A stretch of DNA of 58,028 nt, taken from Candidatus Uhrbacteria bacterium GW2011_GWE2_46_68. GTDB taxonomy: Bacteria; Patescibacteriota; Patescibacteriia; UBA9934; GWF2-40-263. The translations under genes and the position numbers were made by a program. Under the pieces are notes generated by a model. It had not been told where the DNA came from. It did not search any database and was given only the letters and a program-made list of their open reading frames with translations. The stretch is taken from contig LCMS01000008.1 in the NCBI GenBank assembly GCA_001002765.1, forward strand, positions 1 to 58,028. Direction: 5' to 3'. Below are positions 9,801 to 18,632 of the stretch, in pieces. Within the stretch, counting starts at the first letter, position 1. The number at the start of each line of letters is the position of its first letter.

Positions 9801-12800
9801 GATTCAGAGTTAAGTTATAACGCCTCAGCGAGTTACATGGCTTCCGCCCATGCGGATGAGTTTTTTAGCGATGAGGCCGATTCTCTCCAAGATCCCATTG
9901 ATTGTGAGGGGACGGGCGGGGGGGTGGTGACCACGGCTGACGGGACGACATCTTATGATTTGTGCGCCAGGCGGTGTGTGTATACCACGCAAACCGACGA
10001 CGCGATCAACTCGCCCATGGCCATGGCTTATACGGGTATCGAGGTTGCGGGCACAGAGCGATTTATGGAACGCTCTTGCTATACGAGCGATGATTGCATT
10101 GATTTACAAACCACAAACGGGGAAACGGTTGCGGGTGTTTGTACAAACACAGATGACCTTTGCAGCGGAGCCATGTATTCCATGGATCTGGGCGCTTGTG
10201 ACCTCACAAATGACACCAATACGATTTTGAAAGTGGATCGCGATCGCGCATGTGCGGCCTGGTTGTCGTGCTCCAGCAGCCAAGTGAGTTGGGATGAAAC
10301 CTCCTCTACCTATCAAACGATTTGCAATGATGTGTCTTTATGCTCGGAATATACGGCGCAAGGAGACTCAAGTTTTTGTGATGAATATATTTCGACCCAG
10401 GCTGACGTGCTCACACCGGCTGTCTATGCGCAGCGCGATACGTCTTGGAACGGATGGGACTATGCCGGTTACGCGATTGCGCAACAATTACCCATTGAAC
10501 ATTATGGCCAGTTTAATATCGCGCCAACCAAGTGGTGTGTATCAAGCGAAGGGTACGTGTTGAGTCCTGGAGCCGGAAGCGACATTCCTTTTGATGAGTG
10601 CAGTGAAGACAGTGATTGCGCAAGCGGAACATGTGAACCTGCCGATGACATGTATCGATTATCTTATGTGGCAGGGACTTGTGATACAGACACGGTTGGG
10701 ACAGGCGGTACTTGTTATGTCGGTGCGTGCGCGGATGACGGATCTTCTTGTTCAAGCGACGATGAATGTGATGGAAGCCAATGTGTGGTCGGCTATTGTC
10801 AGGTGGTGTCAGATACGGATTGTTCCAAAGCCGCTGATTGCGCGGGGGTGAGCTATGGCGGGACATTGACTGCGGTTTGCGACACCCTTCAAGGGACGTG
10901 TGTGGACGCGCTTGTTCCAAACAGCAATACCTGTGTGGAGACAAGTGAATGCAGCGCGTCGGCAGCTACCTGTACGTTGACGGCAAACACCTATACGGGC
11001 TCGTGTTTTAGTGAAGCGTGTTTGACCGATATTCGCGATGCCAACGAAGACGGCATTCCCGATCCGTTTGATGCTTATGGCGCGCGTGAAAAAGAATGTC
11101 GCGGATATCCGGAGGCCACATCGCCTTACTCCGCATCCCAAGAAACAGGAATTGTGGAAAGTTGGATCAGTGACGAAGGGAGTTCGGAAAGCACTCCGAG
11201 CGGATTGGATTCACGACCCTATACACTGCGATACGGATTCCAGTCCGCCGACGTATGTGCGCCCATTACCAATGTGGACGGATCGGATTATTTTGCCACC
11301 GATGATTGCACGTGTTCTTACAAAAAAGCGTCGTATAGCGATGGAGCGGCTATACGTTATTATTCGGTTGATTATGCGGAAAGTGACACCTTGCCCGGCG
11401 TTTGTTTGGGCGGGGACAATGACGGACTTTATTGTGATTCCAATGACGATTGTTCCGATATCGACGAGGACTTTACAGGCATTTGTGGTAAGCGTTCACA
11501 ACTCGATACCTATTATGGATGGGAAGGATATTGTTTGGAAAAAGATACATCCATTCAAATCTTCGGCAGTTCTGCGGAAGAAAACCGCGCCTGTTTGACT
11601 TGGCTTCCGGTTGATCAATTAGTGGGCTCTACCGATTTGTACGGCAAATACACTGAGGCAGGGTATGACGACGGAGACACCTATTATTGCGCGGATATCA
11701 GCGGTTCCTATTCTCTTCGCACAACAGCGTCGGCGGATGGAACAGGATTGTCTTGCGCAGAGACCGTGGGTGTATGTGATGATGGACATGAAACTTTTGG
11801 GGATTTCTTGGACGAGATAGAAACAGATGGGGATTGTCTTGAAAGTGTCCTGTGTCCTGATGGTTATTTCGGGGTTATGACCGGATGTGGAGGGTTGGGA
11901 TATGATACAACTGGGGAGGGGGATGCGGATGCTTGCACAGTTGGTAATGACGACTGCTCTTATTTTTGCGTGCCCAAAGGTTCCTTTCATACCGATACCG
12001 GAGAGCCTTGCCAGGATCCGGGGACCGAAGGGGAGTATGCGAGAAAATACACGATAGACAACGGAATGGTAGAGGGGACCTCCATAACGCGTTACGAATG
12101 GTTTGAATCAAGTTTTGAGGTTTACATGACGGCAAATGCGAGTTTTATAGATTTGCTTAGCGCATACGATGATTGTGAAGTAAGTGGAGTCACAGATTCG
12201 ATCAATGATTTTCTTCATCCTTATACTATCGGAGACGATTTCCCCAGTACAAGTTACGGAAGCAATCGAGGGTATTATAATTTTAACCTCACTGATTCCA
12301 TAGATTTGGACGCAGCATGCACCAGTCTTGTACAGGTTGCGGTTGAATCGGATTACATCAATAAAGCATGGACTAATCGTGTGTGGAACGAATCAAATAG
12401 TCCTGATGCGGACGGCTATATCATTAATGACGCAAGTACACATTTTACTTATCCTGTCAGTCTTGAGCATGAGGTTTTTGGAAAGCTGGGAGGATCCATT
12501 GATACAAGCGGAGCAGGTGGAGATGGACAACCCGCCATGGCAGTGACTTGTGAAGATGAGACAGATATTCGTAATGCTCGTTCATCTATCACGTGTGCCG
12601 AAAGGTACGCCATAACAGGGGATGGAAGCGATGACGCCTGGCCATATCTTGAAATAGCGACCTCCGAGGGTTTTTATATGGACACAACGTACTGTCTTGA
12701 TTCTGATTGTGCATGCGAACAAGATACGGTTGATGTGGATTGCAACAGTGTGGGAGGTGTGGCTCCAACATGCAGTTCTAGCACTTGTGACATTGGACCA

Positions 12801-13874
12801 AACATGGGTGATGGATGTGATGATGATTCGGATTGTCTTATTTATGAATGTATCGAAGTTGGGAGAGATACAGGAGAAACTGGTGTTGGGGATTATTCCT
12901 ATCCGGTGTATGGGTGCGGAATAGAAACAGGAAGAAGCGTTGTTTCCAGTGAGACGGAATCCGCAGCGATCAGTCGTCTTGCGCAGATTTTTGCAGAGTC
13001 CTATCTCGTTTATTCATTTGATGATGGGTATAGCGGTATCAATGATTTGACTGTCGATGCGGCCTCTTCTTTGGGACATTATGGGAGATATGGAGAAAGC
13101 AGTTCGGTCAGTTGGATTTGGGAAGATTTGATGCGCGGAGACGATGATACAACGTATACATCTTTCAATCCCGAGCCTCCGGTGGTTATATCAGTTGGGG
13201 ATTGTTCGGGGACCGTATGTGAGGAGGGGGAGGAGGATGCGTTTAGCGTGAACGAGCAGGATCAGGGAGAAGTGCGGGGAGCGGAGGGAAATTTGCACGC
13301 GACTGCGCGGTTTTATACCAGTGCGGATGAAAACCAAATGCCGATTCGTACGATTTTGGTGGACTGGGCTGATGATGAGACCGGGTTTGGAACCTATAGT
13401 GGCTCCACAGCAGATGATAATTTTTACAAGAACCATCGTGGAGTAAGAGATATCAGTAATCCGGTAAACCAATGTTCGGCAGGTGCGGACACATGGGATT
13501 TATACTCGGATGCTTGCGATAGCAGTTATGTGGCGTTTACCCATGACTATGTTTGTTCGGAAGGCGTTGTCTCTGGTCTGGAATCTTGCGATCAGGATGA
13601 GGAAGGGAATGTCACCAATTCGCCATGTGTGAACGATGAGGGCGCCTGTGTCTTCCGTCCGCGTGTGTTTGTGCAGGATAATTGGGGATGGTGTACGGGG
13701 GTATGTGATGCAGGACTTGATGGAACATCGGGGTGTTATGAGGATGAATCTATTGATACTGGATATGAGGATGAATGTGATTGGGAGAATTGTCCTGGTG
13801 GGACAAGGTGTGGCGCAACCTCCGGAATAGACCCATGGGTTTACTTTGATGGAGAGATTGTGGTGGAACCGTGA
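6750..13874 (+). CDS. Giant Cys/Asp-rich surface protein, C-terminal part (2374 aa)
   Basis: 7.1 kb open frame with no signal peptide of its own; CxxDxDC repeats, DxDxDG motifs and CBM-like segments (YTLSFYA, FVLSFWAKG). Confidence 0.85.
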   Translation: MEPDYVWTDETAQIVQQGITLSPHAFYTLSFYAREEETSEVDLQVYLTLVDAQGDAVDLSGYSYGGDCTRLANIFTIGASIDESEWTRYSCTFTTADETTYAEVSVGSDENIFFDAIQLEYGENANDFVEGYNDNTLTSTYLIAPPDYLGCEGDEDDPSACDNYAQVCASAEAGCLLYTPQDGDPSVPAILSSSDECPDECVGYTTYKQESTLYDSEEFPLYFIEDRAVACTEQYAGCESFTNLSAVETGGETAESYTYLRPCLTEEMSDGTSDKESSTFFTWEGSDVEGYQLRTWQLLESNGSDSATLTFVASAETEQDIGQAPCTQWNVTSETTIACDDITGAHLVDIARDDTCDQHDDIFENPDCREFFDSEGKVHYRLWSQTISVTDACVAYRLDNAEQLDCEDSGGYWTSAGACRYFGFSEESTQCPVSSVGCREYTGGAGRNASTVFSDTFEDGDVAGYETTYAISSLSNESVATDGHSLKIVIPPSITLGYVKTLQSYAVSATPSTIFDSTDATSCTSGSIVGSFCEIDADGDGTVDCSIEEADNSCGTLDDTLVEGKTFVLSFWAKGNGNLYVELVEAGGGGTAHDFVDATDATVTSIALDGSWQLYELGPLDTSDFTDFDDSAVLRWSADANVTFYLDNISLKQAEENITLIKDSWVVPSTCDQTPTGVDADQYYLGCEAYTDSEGEDAYAYQFSDLCREDAVGCKAFYDTQESDSEYTQVFSARCENHTAGDPADPVAVSSTTNCVVDGVTYCAITTGRSYCLFDFDGSLPVDLPSDSTMSVILGPEAVVVTNDTPRHLIESDSMTCSDAAVGCQELGFPTYSQDKTEVTEFTSVYFINDPESYGDILCDDEALFCEAWTGTEQGTYYYKDPVDQTCTYETEVTVGSVEYSGWFRSDAQEPCYWTDVDGDEAFTSADTAYLISGTQAGIWRNGDDAYVGWVAECKSTYDLCSEFIDPMDVAAGLYEDGMSYYYLDDEELDESTLRDSERCSGKVSQKEGCALFLNTTDSELSYNASASYMASAHADEFFSDEADSLQDPIDCEGTGGGVVTTADGTTSYDLCARRCVYTTQTDDAINSPMAMAYTGIEVAGTERFMERSCYTSDDCIDLQTTNGETVAGVCTNTDDLCSGAMYSMDLGACDLTNDTNTILKVDRDRACAAWLSCSSSQVSWDETSSTYQTICNDVSLCSEYTAQGDSSFCDEYISTQADVLTPAVYAQRDTSWNGWDYAGYAIAQQLPIEHYGQFNIAPTKWCVSSEGYVLSPGAGSDIPFDECSEDSDCASGTCEPADDMYRLSYVAGTCDTDTVGTGGTCYVGACADDGSSCSSDDECDGSQCVVGYCQVVSDTDCSKAADCAGVSYGGTLTAVCDTLQGTCVDALVPNSNTCVETSECSASAATCTLTANTYTGSCFSEACLTDIRDANEDGIPDPFDAYGAREKECRGYPEATSPYSASQETGIVESWISDEGSSESTPSGLDSRPYTLRYGFQSADVCAPITNVDGSDYFATDDCTCSYKKASYSDGAAIRYYSVDYAESDTLPGVCLGGDNDGLYCDSNDDCSDIDEDFTGICGKRSQLDTYYGWEGYCLEKDTSIQIFGSSAEENRACLTWLPVDQLVGSTDLYGKYTEAGYDDGDTYYCADISGSYSLRTTASADGTGLSCAETVGVCDDGHETFGDFLDEIETDGDCLESVLCPDGYFGVMTGCGGLGYDTTGEGDADACTVGNDDCSYFCVPKGSFHTDTGEPCQDPGTEGEYARKYTIDNGMVEGTSITRYEWFESSFEVYMTANASFIDLLSAYDDCEVSGVTDSINDFLHPYTIGDDFPSTSYGSNRGYYNFNLTDSIDLDAACTSLVQVAVESDYINKAWTNRVWNESNSPDADGYIINDASTHFTYPVSLEHEVFGKLGGSIDTSGAGGDGQPAMAVTCEDETDIRNARSSITCAERYAITGDGSDDAWPYLEIATSEGFYMDTTYCLDSDCACEQDTVDVDCNSVGGVAPTCSSSTCDIGPNMGDGCDDDSDCLIYECIEVGRDTGETGVGDYSYPVYGCGIETGRSVVSSETESAAISRLAQIFAESYLVYSFDDGYSGINDLTVDAASSLGHYGRYGESSSVSWIWEDLMRGDDDTTYTSFNPEPPVVISVGDCSGTVCEEGEEDAFSVNEQDQGEVRGAEGNLHATARFYTSADENQMPIRTILVDWADDETGFGTYSGSTADDNFYKNHRGVRDISNPVNQCSAGADTWDLYSDACDSSYVAFTHDYVCSEGVVSGLESCDQDEEGNVTNSPCVNDEGACVFRPRVFVQDNWGWCTGVCDAGLDGTSGCYEDESIDTGYEDECDWENCPGGTRCGATSGIDPWVYFDGEIVVEP

Positions 13875-13893
13875 ATCATGAAATAATTTCACA

Positions 13894-13919
13894 GGGGCTG
13901 GCACAAGGCCAGCCCCAAC
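13894..13919 (-). repeat. GTAG-type REP (degenerate)
   Basis: ggggctggcacaaggccagccccaac, same core as the copies at 14224, 15547 and 20288. Confidence 0.7.
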
Positions 13920-13931
13920 CAAAAATAATAG

Positions 13932-13961
13932 ATAAACCCCCTTAAAGTAAAGGGGGTTTAT
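13932..13961. terminator. Probable intrinsic terminator after giant gene
   Basis: ataaaccccctt-aaagta-aagggggtttat inverted repeat. Confidence 0.55.
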
Positions 13962-14664
13962 GTTTATACCATACACGAAAAGGAAATCACTACGTTTGAA
14001 GGAATGGAATTATACCAATCCCGGTGCCTATTTTGTGACCATATGTACACAAAAGAGAGAAATGGTGTTTGGAGAAGTGAAGGATGGAGAAATGATAATG
14101 AATGTCATTGGGAAAATGGTTCATCACATATGGAATGAATTGCCAAACAAATTTCCAGACATTGTATTGGATGAATATATCGTCATGCCCGATCATTTCC
14201 ACGGAATCATATGGATCACCGCCGTAGGGGCCGGCCTTGTGCCGGCCCATGGTCTTGTGCCGGCCCAATGTACCGTGTCCGTCCGGAATGCAAAATCCGA
14301 TCATTGTTCAAATGATAATGGAAACATGACAATGGATACGGGGGTGGACACGAGGGCGGAGAACGTAGGGGATGGCCTTGTGCCATCCCTATGCACCGTG
14401 CCATCCCAAAACGTAGGGGTGGACACGAGGGCGGAGAACGTAGGGGTGGACACAAGGTCCACCCCTACGTTGGGTGATATCATTCGGGTTTTCAAATCAA
14501 TGACAACGGTCGAATATATTGTTGGTGTCAAAAAACAAAATTGGCCATCATTTTCATGCCGTCTCTGGCAACGCGGATATTATGATCACATTGTGCGCGA
14601 TGAAAATGATTTATCCCGTATCCGAGATTATATTCGTAATAATCCATCTGTATCCGACATATGA
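13960..14664 (+). mobile_element. REP-associated tyrosine transposase (RAYT, IS200/Y1 family)
   Basis: RKSLRL, YFVTICT, MPDHFHG (HUH), WQRGYYDH and YIRNNP motifs; REPs both flank and interrupt the gene. Confidence 0.9.
14224..14468 (+). repeat. Cluster of GTAG REPs and direct repeats inside the RAYT coding sequence
   Basis: gtaggggccggccttgtgccggccc (14224), gtaggggatggccttgtgccatccct (14365), gtaggggtggacacaaggtccacccctac (14440); GVDTRAENVG repeated. Confidence 0.8.
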
Positions 14665-14694
14665 GCGGGAAAATTTATAGACGTGACATTTCAC

Positions 14695-14754
14695 ATGGGC
14701 GGGGGAACCCCGCCCGTACATCCGTGTCGTAGGGGAGGGGTTCCCCCTCCCATG
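14695..14754. repeat. Inverted REP pair downstream of RAYT
   Basis: atgggcgggggaaccccgcccgtac ... gtaggggaggggttccccctcccatg. Confidence 0.7.
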
Positions 14755-14816
14755 TGTCCATGTCCCTCCCATGCACAAACAAAAAAAGCCCGGCATGATG
14801 CCAAGCTTCGTAGTCC

Positions 14817-15497
14817 CTAATGGACGCGTCGCATATCCTCCTCATAGAGGAGTTCTCCCTCAAGATCCCACCTTTCCCAGTGAATGATCTCGAGGTCTTC
14901 CTGAATATAACCAGTCCACCGGCTGCCTCCGATTCCTTCGTCAGTCCAGTCGAAAGTATAGCCGGTGAGCGGAATGGTTCCATTAGGAAGTCCATGCAGT
15001 GCGACGTAATCATGACCCAGATCAGAAAGAAGACCATCAGGGGAACGGATTTCCGTCCAGATCATGTACTCATACCCATCCACGTCGCTGACGTACTGGG
15101 TCGGTTCTTCGATCTTCACCCCGTAGGCGTAGTCCTCGTCCCACTCATAGGTGAACGTGGCTTCATCGTCCTTGGCTTCCAGCTTCTGGGCCCAGGAGAT
15201 GTACCAGAAGACATCATTCTCGGCCGTGATCTGCCAAAGGCCGGTCTTGTGAACCTGTACCTGACAGGGCGCGGTGCAGGATTCGTCGCTGTCACCTTGC
15301 GCGGTCACGACAACGGGTGTGCCCGAGACCGGATCGAAGTCGAACGTCACGGTGTAGTCGTCCGGGACGTCGGTGTCGTCGGTGTCGGTATCGGTGTCGT
15401 CGGTCCCAGTATCATCAAAGATCTCACAACCCACCAACCCCGCGCACGAAGCGAGGGGCAGGAGGGCAAAGAGCACGTACGCGGTAGCGGTACGCAT
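14817..15497 (-). CDS. Acidic putative lipoprotein with DT-rich linker
   Basis: Hydrophobic leader with LASC/LVGC lipobox-like sites; DDTGTDDTDTDTDD linker; GC-rich codon usage; GAGG upstream. Confidence 0.75.
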   Translation of the reverse strand: MRTATAYVLFALLPLASCAGLVGCEIFDDTGTDDTDTDTDDTDVPDDYTVTFDFDPVSGTPVVVTAQGDSDESCTAPCQVQVHKTGLWQITAENDVFWYISWAQKLEAKDDEATFTYEWDEDYAYGVKIEEPTQYVSDVDGYEYMIWTEIRSPDGLLSDLGHDYVALHGLPNGTIPLTGYTFDWTDEGIGGSRWTGYIQEDLEIIHWERWDLEGELLYEEDMRRVH

Positions 15498-15546
15498 GAT
15501 GCACCTCATGATGCCCCAGCCGTTTGCACGGCAGGGATTGGTTGTG

Positions 15547-15577
15547 GTAGGGGCTGGCCTTGTGCCAACCCATGGGA
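15547..15577 (+). repeat. GTAG-type REP
   Basis: gtaggggctggccttgtgccaacccatggga; inverted partner at 20288-20318 (29/31 match). Confidence 0.8.
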
Positions 15578-15807
15578 TGGGATTTCTCCCATCATGGAAA
15601 GAGCAATGATCCCGTTGGGGACCAGGTGTCGGTAAGTTTTTGTAAACCCCACCAACATCCGGCCCTCAAAAAAATCGCCCAAAAGGGGCGTATTTAATTT
15701 CCCCCTACAGCTCTATGGGAACACAAGAAAGCTTCCTAGTCAATCACGATTTATCAACACGGTCAAGCCAATCTACCTTATTTTTGGCCAATTCTAGCGT
15801 TTATCCA

Positions 15808-15838
15808 TTGACAAAACCGTAAAAATACGGTTTACTAT
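15808..15838 (+). promoter_or_regulatory. Sigma70-like promoter with palindromic operator in the spacer
   Basis: TTGACA at 15808, aaaccgta-aaaa-tacggttt palindrome at 15814-15833, then TACTAT (19 nt spacer, long for sigma70). Confidence 0.5.
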
Positions 15839-15893
15839 TTCGTTCCAACAGACACATCAGATCTCAACCCGTGCCGATACAAGGAGGAACACC

Positions 15894-16217
15894 ATGGAGA
15901 GTGTCATCAGTTCACTCGTATCCCATCCATTCGGAACCTTCGCCGCTGTCTTCCAACTCTTGGCTATTTTCTGGGGTGGACCAAGCCAGATTTGGAAATT
16001 GTACCGGGAGAAAAATGCCTCGGCGTTCAGCTTGCCGATGTTCCTCTTTCCCGCCATGGCCAGTGCCAACTGGATGATCAACTCCATCAGAGAGGTACCG
16101 AATCTCGGTCTGTTCATCTCACAAGTTCCGGCCATAATCGTTTCGACGATCATTGTTGGCCAACTTCTGTACTACCGCCGCCGTCCGTCTGTGCCTGCTA
16201 CTTCCCATGCGAAGTAG
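15894..16217 (+). CDS. SemiSWEET/PQ-loop-like small membrane protein
   Basis: Three hydrophobic helices; PSQIWKLYREKNASAFS motif; AAGGAGG ribosome-binding site. Confidence 0.7.
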   Translation: MESVISSLVSHPFGTFAAVFQLLAIFWGGPSQIWKLYREKNASAFSLPMFLFPAMASANWMINSIREVPNLGLFISQVPAIIVSTIIVGQLLYYRRRPSVPATSHAK

Positions 16218-16237
16218 CTTTTTCGTTTGAGTCAAAC

Positions 16238-17165
16238 TGGGGTCAGGTCTTTACCTTTTACCCTTTTTTATTTTTTTCGATTTTCCCCTTGCGATAAGAC
16301 TTACTGTTGTAGGGCTAAGATGCAAAAAATGAGCGATAGTACTACCGGAATAACCGCAACATTCGCGCGCAAAACGTATAGCACTGTTTCGTTCTTCTAT
16401 CCCCCGAATATCTCTAAATAGTTCTTCAAGACTCGGCCTGCCGATAATTTTTTCTGCGCGAGATACCTCCTTTTTTTCGGAAGATTTTTTTGCGATCCTC
16501 CATACTTCATGAACAAATTGCGGAGAACCAAGAACGATTCCATCTTCCTTTCTCATTTTAGGCATCTCTCTTTCCAGCCCCTCCATCACAAATGTTCTAT
16601 ACATTTTGTACGCTTTAGATAACTGGGAAGAAAAGTAGTCGAGCGTCCAATTTATTGTAAGCCAAGGAGGGGATTTTTTCAGTCCGGAGGTAAAACAAAA
16701 ATTGCTCCATGGCCATTTTTCCGGAGACATGACCAAACCAGACCTTACAGGATTTAGTACGACATATCGGGACACCTCGAGCAAATATGATTCTTTTTCA
16801 ACAACAAATGCTTTAAATCTTCCTTGGAATACATGCCCAGTTGTGTTGTGTCTTTTGTTGAACCTTTGTGTGTAAATGCCGTTAAGATCACGCATACCGG
16901 AGGAAAGATTCGTCTCGGGGGTTTCTATAATCAAATGGTAATGATTATTCATGAGGCAATAGGCGTGGCAAATCCAATGATATGTTTTGATGACGGATGT
17001 CAGAGTTTGTAGAAAAATTTTTCGGTCTGTATTGTCAAGAAAGATGTCTTGTTTTCTGTTTCCTCTAACAGTAATGTGATAAATCGCTCCTGGATAAATG
17101 ATACGCAATGGTCGTGTCATAGTAGTAACAGTATAGCAGAGGTAAAAGGTAAAGACCTGACCCCA
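16238..17165 (-). mobile_element. Y1 transposase element bounded by perfect 25 bp terminal inverted repeats (TIRYT-like)
   Basis: tggggtcaggtctttaccttttacc (16238-16262) and its exact reverse complement (17141-17165). Confidence 0.85.
16251..17120 (-). CDS. IS200-like (Y1/HUH) transposase with C-terminal HTH
   Basis: RPLR...YHITVRGN, YCLMNNHYHL, GHVFQGRF and YVVLNPV motifs. Confidence 0.9.
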   Translation of the reverse strand: MTRPLRIIYPGAIYHITVRGNRKQDIFLDNTDRKIFLQTLTSVIKTYHWICHAYCLMNNHYHLIIETPETNLSSGMRDLNGIYTQRFNKRHNTTGHVFQGRFKAFVVEKESYLLEVSRYVVLNPVRSGLVMSPEKWPWSNFCFTSGLKKSPPWLTINWTLDYFSSQLSKAYKMYRTFVMEGLEREMPKMRKEDGIVLGSPQFVHEVWRIAKKSSEKKEVSRAEKIIGRPSLEELFRDIRGIEERNSAIRFARECCGYSGSTIAHFLHLSPTTVSLIARGKSKKIKKGKR

Positions 17166-17281
17166 ATGACCCCTATTGAGAAATATCTCGTGTCGTCTGT
17201 ACCATTGTGAATAGATCGGATTTGAAAAAGACCATCAGGATGATGGTCGAGAGGAAGCATCGAATTTTTTGAAAGGAAAAC

Positions 17282-17572
17282 TCAATCCTTGTCGTTTGAA
17301 CGTTTTTGTTCCCTCGTTGCTTTGTTATAGCGCGCTTTTTCTCCGAAGACGACCATATTCAAGCCAATGATGGAGACAAGGAAGATCATTCCCTCATATT
17401 TTTTATCTTGGGGGAGTGAGAGAAAATCAGCAAGAAAGGGCGGTAGCTTCAGATAGCCGTGAGAGAAGACATCACTCAAGAGAAGAAAAAGCATAGGTAC
17501 AACTATGGGAATGACTCCCAAAGAAGAAATCGTACTCCCATGGTTTTCGAACCATTTGGTGAAAGAGCGCAT
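17282..17572 (-). CDS. Small two-TM hypothetical protein
   Basis: Strong AAGGAGG 6 nt before the ATG; two hydrophobic segments. Confidence 0.6.
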   Translation of the reverse strand: MRSFTKWFENHGSTISSLGVIPIVVPMLFLLLSDVFSHGYLKLPPFLADFLSLPQDKKYEGMIFLVSIIGLNMVVFGEKARYNKATREQKRSNDKD

Positions 17573-17750
17573 GTTGACCTCCTTGTGTATAGTAAACTTT
17601 TTATTTTTTTTAGGAAAGCAGAAAAGAGAGACCCTCTTTTCAAAAAGGCCTTTTTGTGGTGCAATGCGACGTCTGTTCTTTCCAAATCAACTTTTTCTTT
17701 TTCGCGGTTTTTTCCGCCTTTCCTTCCAAAACCTTGCAGGAGAAACACCT

Positions 17751-18632
17751 ATGAAAAACAAGTCACAACCCTTGCTGCTCATCGGTTTTATTTTGTTTCT
17801 GTTGACTCTCGCATTTTGCGCAGAGAAAGCACATGGCGCCTGCGAGAGCCAGGCAACGGTAGAGGAAATCATCTCCTTGGTGCGCGAAGGCGAGAAGGCG
17901 TTTGAGGATATGGAACAAGCCTCCCTTCTTTCCGCGCGCGATCGCGCGCTTAGCGCCTTGCGGTGCCTCAACGCTCCCTTGACCCCAGCGGACGTCATCC
18001 ACGTTCACTGGCTTATGGCCTTGTCTTATTTCACCACTGATCGCTCCCGTGTAGGCGCCATTTTGCTTGCAATCCAACGTTTGGATGCCACGCGGCAAAT
18101 TGGAGAGAGCTTTGCTCCTTCACAAGAGCATCCGCTTGCCAAGCTTTACGCGCAAGCTCGATTTCTTCCCGATGGAGAGTTTGAGCCTGTGTATCCGCCC
18201 CAAGACGGATGGGCTCTTGTCAATGGTGTGCGTGGAGCGGATCGTCCTCTTACACAGCCTGCGGTTGTCCAAATTTTCGATGCACAAGGTACGGTCATGG
18301 AAACGCGCTACATCGAGCCTGGAGAAACCATGCCCATCTGGGGTCCCAAACCCCTCGATATTCCTTATGTGCGCATGAGTCCCAGACCCTGGGGCATTTC
18401 TGCGGGTGCAAGTGGAGTGGCCGCGATCGGTTGCTATGCCGTGGCCCTTGCCACCAAACATCAGATCATGGACATGGAAAATCCTGTCCCCGACGATAGT
18501 GTCCCCGCACTGCGCACCCGCGCCAATCTCTTCGGAGGTTTTGCTGTGGGACTTGGTGTTGTTTCCGTGGGCCTGGGTGCTGCGTCCACCTTTCTTGCCG
18601 TCAAACCTGCAAACGAAGGAGGAGGCCCATAA
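17751..18632 (+). CDS. Exported protein with C-terminal TM hairpin, translationally coupled to the kinase
   Basis: AGGAG RBS; signal peptide ending AHG/A; two C-terminal hydrophobic helices; TAATG stop/start overlap. Confidence 0.75.
   Translation: MKNKSQPLLLIGFILFLLTLAFCAEKAHGACESQATVEEIISLVREGEKAFEDMEQASLLSARDRALSALRCLNAPLTPADVIHVHWLMALSYFTTDRSRVGAILLAIQRLDATRQIGESFAPSQEHPLAKLYAQARFLPDGEFEPVYPPQDGWALVNGVRGADRPLTQPAVVQIFDAQGTVMETRYIEPGETMPIWGPKPLDIPYVRMSPRPWGISAGASGVAAIGCYAVALATKHQIMDMENPVPDDSVPALRTRANLFGGFAVGLGVVSVGLGAASTFLAVKPANEGGGP

Noticed and set aside
14337-14468. CRISPR array
   Set aside because: Repeats are REP-derived, irregularly spaced and inside a CDS; no cas genes
14820-15635. 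271 aa + strand ORF
   Set aside because: Antisense shadow of the GC-rich lipoprotein gene
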